From an uncultured Jatrophihabitantaceae bacterium (lineage in GTDB: Bacteria; Actinomycetota; Actinomycetes; Mycobacteriales; Jatrophihabitantaceae), in NCBI GenBank assembly GCA_964657545.1, contig CAZZVT010000004.1, forward strand, positions 1-45,634: 45,634 nt of DNA. Direction: 5' to 3'. The notes under the pieces are model-generated. The model did no database searches and was not told where the DNA came from. It saw nothing but the letters and a program-made list of their open reading frames with translations. Positions within the stretch are counted from its first letter, which is position 1. Each line of letters starts with the position of its first letter. This document shows positions 42,224 through 45,634 of the stretch, in pieces. The position numbers and the translations under genes were made by a program.

Positions 42224-42583
42224 TCAGCCGTGGCGGCGACGTCGGCCCAGGCCGAGGAAGATCGCCCCGCCACCGAGCAGAGCGAGCGCGATCGTGGTGG
42301 CCGCGACAGTCTGGAAGCCCGTGGACGACAGACCCTCGCTGCGGTTGTTGTTCGTTCCCGCGGCCGCGGACGACGACGAGGCTGAGTCCGAGGTGCTCGG
42401 TGCCCGCGACTCGCTCGTCGGCGCAATGCTGAACGATCCGGTCGGGTTGGTCGGCGGGTACGGATCCGCCGAGGCCGAGCTGATGTGTGCGCTCATCAGG
42501 AGCACTGCGATCAGTGCGACCGCGAACGCGAGCAGCGCCGTTGCGCGGCGCGAAATCGGCCGATGAATCGAATTTGTTGACAT
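42224..42583 (-). CDS. 119-aa Ser/Thr-rich secreted protein with sortase-type sorting signal (LSSTG-TM-RRRR)
   Basis: Signal peptide ending SSASA, mature N-terminus DPYPPT, GLSSTG, hydrophobic helix, GRRRRHG. Candidate -10 boxes TACGGT/TAACCT at 42625-42635. Confidence 0.8.
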   Translation of the reverse strand: MSTNSIHRPISRRATALLAFAVALIAVLLMSAHISSASADPYPPTNPTGSFSIAPTSESRAPSTSDSASSSSAAAGTNNNRSEGLSSTGFQTVAATTIALALLGGGAIFLGLGRRRRHG

Positions 42584-42671
42584 GGTGAAACAGCCCCCCG
42601 GTTGTCTTGATCTTTCGAGTTGTGAGGTTACCGTAATCTTCGCTGCTGCGCTATCGGGAACGATTGCGACG

Positions 42672-43394
42672 TCAGCCTGCGCGTCGCGTGAGGACCAGAA
42701 CCGCCAGCCCGCCGGCCAGCACGAGCAGTGCGGCGATGGTGGCAATCACCCACAGCGGCAGGCCGAGGGCCGACGCGGTGACCCGATCGGCGTTGTTCGG
42801 CGCGCTCGTCAACGGTGTCGACGGCGTCGTCGGCGTCGTCGGCCGGGTCGAAGTCGGCGCCGTTGAGCCTGTCGAGGGTGAGTCGGACGGTCTGGGCGCG
42901 GTCGTCGAGCTGGAACCCGACCCCGAAGAGCCCGCACCGCCGCCGGAAGATCCGTTCGACCCGCTTCCCGAGCCGCCTGCCGCCGAGCTGCTCGAGGGGC
43001 CGCCAGGCGGCGTGCTGCCGCTGTTCGGTGGCGGCACCGAGCACCTGCGGTTCGACGAACTGGCCGTCACCCAGGCCTCGTCGGTGCTCGGGAGATGGAC
43101 GGCGGCCTCGAAGGCGCCGTTGGAGTTCGTGGCGTACCTGCCCAGACCTCGAGCCTGCGGGTACAGCGTCACCGTGACCGCTTGGTTGATGTCGTATCCG
43201 CTGCCCACGAGGACGGGGTGCTGGGTGGAGGTGTTGATCCACGACAGCGAGCACGGTGAGGTGGGGGGGTAGGGCGCAGCTGCAGCCGAGGATGCGAGGG
43301 ACCCCGCCGACAGGCCCAGGAGCGCGGTCGACAAGATCACCCCGATCACTCGGGTGCTACGGCTTGAGAGCCGGCGACAAGCGCCAAGCAACAT
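42672..43394 (-). CDS. Secreted Ser/Gly/Thr/Pro-rich surface protein with small Ig-like domain and C-terminal TM-RR tail
   Basis: Signal peptide ending SSAAA, mature N-terminus APYPPT, beta-domain bracketed by two Cys, low-complexity linker, TM helix, TRRAG. No clear LxxTG. Confidence 0.78.
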   Translation of the reverse strand: MLLGACRRLSSRSTRVIGVILSTALLGLSAGSLASSAAAAPYPPTSPCSLSWINTSTQHPVLVGSGYDINQAVTVTLYPQARGLGRYATNSNGAFEAAVHLPSTDEAWVTASSSNRRCSVPPPNSGSTPPGGPSSSSAAGGSGSGSNGSSGGGAGSSGSGSSSTTAPRPSDSPSTGSTAPTSTRPTTPTTPSTPLTSAPNNADRVTASALGLPLWVIATIAALLVLAGGLAVLVLTRRAG

Positions 43395-43737
43395 CGCGAA
43401 TTCCCCCGATTTCGCGTTCCCCCACACCTGCGCCGGATGCGGCGCGGGTCAAAAGGACGTTAGCTGACGCGGCTTGTAAATGCGAGGTGAGTCGGTGCGA
43501 TTCGCGGTGATTCCTCCCATCGTGTCTGCCCGCGCAGGCAACGCTCGTCACCCTCGCAACCGGGGGGCATCGGCTGCGTAGGCTGGCGTCGTTCCGGTTT
43601 GTCGGCCGCGGCAGCCCCGCAAGCAGTCGGCGCGCACCCGCGCGTCGCCCGCGGGCGTCGGCCTCACGCAGTCGGCCCGGACACCCCGGGCCGCCTGGCG
43701 TCCCGGGCCTGTTCGCATGCGAGTGGAAGGCCCTCGA

Positions 43738-45634
43738 GTGACTCTGTCTGCACTGCTCGACGCGGCGGCCGACGATCCCGCGCTGCGTGCCGCCGCCACG
43801 TCGCTCGACGAGCCGCACCTGACGGTGAGCGGTCCGGCGGCGCTGCAGCCGTTGGTCATCGCGACCACGGCCCGGGCCGGTCGCTTCGTGCTGGCTGTGA
43901 CGAGTACCGCTCGCGAGGCCGAGGATCTGCTCGCCGCCCTCACCTGCCTGCTGCCACCCGACACGGTGGCGCTGTATCCGGGGTGGGAGACGCTGCCGCA
44001 CGAGCGACTGTCGCCGCGCGCCGACACCGTCGGGCAGCGGCTCGCGGTCCTGCGCCGTCTCGCGCACCCGTCCGCCGACGACGACCCGGCGACGGGACCG
44101 CTGTCGGTCGTCGTCGCGCCGGTGCGCTCGGTCCTGCAGCCGCAGGTACCGAACCTGGGCGAGCTCGAGCCGGTGATGCTCGCTCCCGGGGATTCGGGGC
44201 TGGAGCTCACCGAGATCGTCGAGCGTCTGGTCGGCGCGGGGTACGCGCGCAGCGAGCTGGTCGAGAAGCGCGGCGAATTCGCGGTCCGCGGCGGCATCCT
44301 CGACGTCTTCCCGCCCACCGAGGAACACCCGTTGCGTGTCGAGTTCTGGGGCGACGAGGTCGAGGAGATCCGCTACTTCAAGGTCGCCGACCAGCGCTCG
44401 CTGGAGGTCGCACCGCACGGGCTCTGGGCTCCGCCGTGTCGCGAACTGCTGCTGACCGCCGACGTCCGCGCGCGGGCCGCCGTCCTGCTCGCCGACCACC
44501 CCGAGCTCGGCGAGCTGCTCGACCCGATCAGCCGGGGCGAGGCCGTCGAGGGCATGGAGTCGCTGGCCCCGGTGCTGGTCGAGCGCCTCAGCCTCGTGCT
44601 CGACGAGTTGCCGCAGGGCGCGCACATCGTGCTGTGCGACCCGGAGCGGGTCCGTACCCGCTCGGCCGACCTCGTCCGGACGTCCTTCGAATTCCTCGAG
44701 GCGTCGTGGGCCGCGGCCGCAGGTGGTGGCAAGGCACCGGTCGACCTCGGCGCGGCCTCGCTGCGCCACCTCGAGGACGTCGAGCAGGCCGCCCGGGCAG
44801 CCGGCCTGCCCTGGTGGGGCGTCAGCGCGCTGACCACCGACGCGCAGCTGACCGACGGGCGCGGCACGGTGGCCAGCTCGCTCGTGCAGGCGCCCACCTA
44901 CCGCGGTGACACCGACGCGGCGATCACCGATGTTCGCGAGTGGTCCCGGGCCGGTTGGCGGGTGGCTCTCGTGTTCGACGGTCACGGGTCGGCGACCCGC
45001 GCCGTCGAACGGCTGTCCGCGGCCGAGGTCGGCGCCCGACTTACCGCTGACCCCGGTCTTCAGCCGGGCGTCGTCGACGTCACGACCGGCCGATTGCTCG
45101 GTGGTCTGGTGTCCGAGCAGCTTCGCCTGGCGCTGCTGTCCGAGGCCGACATCACCGGCCAGCGCGGCTCGTTGACGAAGGACACCAGCCGGCTGCCGTC
45201 GCGACGGCGCAACGCCATCGACCCGATCCAGCTCAAGTCCGGCGACTTCGTCGTGCATGAGCAGCACGGCGTCGGCAAGTACGTCGAGATGGTGCGGCGC
45301 ACCGTCAACGGTGGCGAGCGCGAGTACCTGATCATCGAGTACGCGGCGTCGAAGAAGGGCCAGCCGGGCGACCGGTTGTTCGTCCCCACCGACGCCCTCG
45401 ACCAGGTCACCAAGTACGTCGGCGGCGAGGCGCCGTCGCTGTCACGCCTGGGCGGTTCGGACTGGGCCAAGACCAAGGGCCGGGCCCGCAAGGCGGTCAA
45501 GGAGATCGCAGCCGAGCTGATCCGGCTCTACAGCGCCCGGATGGCGACGAAGGGCCACGCGTTCGCCCCCGACACCCCGTGGCAGCGCGAGCTCGAGGAC
45601 GCGTTCGCCTACGTCGAGACGCCCGACCAGCTCG
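43738..45634 (+). CDS. mfd: Transcription-repair coupling factor, 5' part (runs off the window)
   Basis: Absent from the track because there is no stop. GTG 43738 opens WETLPHERLSP, GEFAVRGGILDVFPP, RVEFWGDEVEEIR, GDFVVHEQHGVG, YVGGEAP.LSRLGGSDW, AFAYVETPDQL. Confidence 0.97.
   Translation, partial: MTLSALLDAAADDPALRAAATSLDEPHLTVSGPAALQPLVIATTARAGRFVLAVTSTAREAEDLLAALTCLLPPDTVALYPGWETLPHERLSPRADTVGQRLAVLRRLAHPSADDDPATGPLSVVVAPVRSVLQPQVPNLGELEPVMLAPGDSGLELTEIVERLVGAGYARSELVEKRGEFAVRGGILDVFPPTEEHPLRVEFWGDEVEEIRYFKVADQRSLEVAPHGLWAPPCRELLLTADVRARAAVLLADHPELGELLDPISRGEAVEGMESLAPVLVERLSLVLDELPQGAHIVLCDPERVRTRSADLVRTSFEFLEASWAAAAGGGKAPVDLGAASLRHLEDVEQAARAAGLPWWGVSALTTDAQLTDGRGTVASSLVQAPTYRGDTDAAITDVREWSRAGWRVALVFDGHGSATRAVERLSAAEVGARLTADPGLQPGVVDVTTGRLLGGLVSEQLRLALLSEADITGQRGSLTKDTSRLPSRRRNAIDPIQLKSGDFVVHEQHGVGKYVEMVRRTVNGGEREYLIIEYAASKKGQPGDRLFVPTDALDQVTKYVGGEAPSLSRLGGSDWAKTKGRARKAVKEIAAELIRLYSARMATKGHAFAPDTPWQRELEDAFAYVETPDQL

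Noticed and set aside
43557-43568. CAACCGGGGGGC identical to the minus-strand motif at 42593-42604
   Set aside because: It lies 170 nt upstream of mfd on the plus strand, with no convincing stem or nearby start; may be chance, so not counted in the motif set.
43357-45267. 636-aa minus-strand ORF
   Set aside because: Shadow of mfd, which lies on the plus strand and is missing from the track only because it has no stop in the window.

Overview
High-GC actinobacterial chromosome segment dominated by cell-envelope glycopolymer genes. Left part (1-14.6 kb): the 3' end of a DUF222/HNH gene, alkA, a teichoic-acid-like module (TarI/IspD cytidylyltransferase, SDR reductase, TagF-like CDP-polyol phosphotransferase, two paralogous GT2s), rmlA-C-B-D, ppc and galE. 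Most of these units look leaderless. Middle (14.7-43.4 kb): a Wzx/Wzy-type exopolysaccharide/capsule locus between galE and mfd. It holds a C-terminally truncated priming phosphoglycosyltransferase, GT4/GT2 enzymes, a fucosyltransferase-fold orphan, wzx, a wzy-like gene, an acyltransferase, wzc and wzb, a divergent kinase/sulfotransferase pair, a lipoprotein, a 1577-aa propeller-FN3-LamG2-PKD4 protein, a beta-helix protein, DUF4012 and two small Ser/Thr-rich surface proteins that share an N-terminal PYPPT motif. Right end: the 5' part of mfd. Main hypotheses: (i) DUF4012 plus the PYPPT/sortase-type proteins form an undescribed polymer-to-protein anchoring module; (ii) recurring G-run-loop hairpins in the leaders of many locus genes mark a post-transcriptional regulon, possibly targeted by the 6C sRNA; (iii) the two large secreted proteins share an unnamed ~200-aa domain. 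All calls come from reading the sequence by eye; no searches were run.
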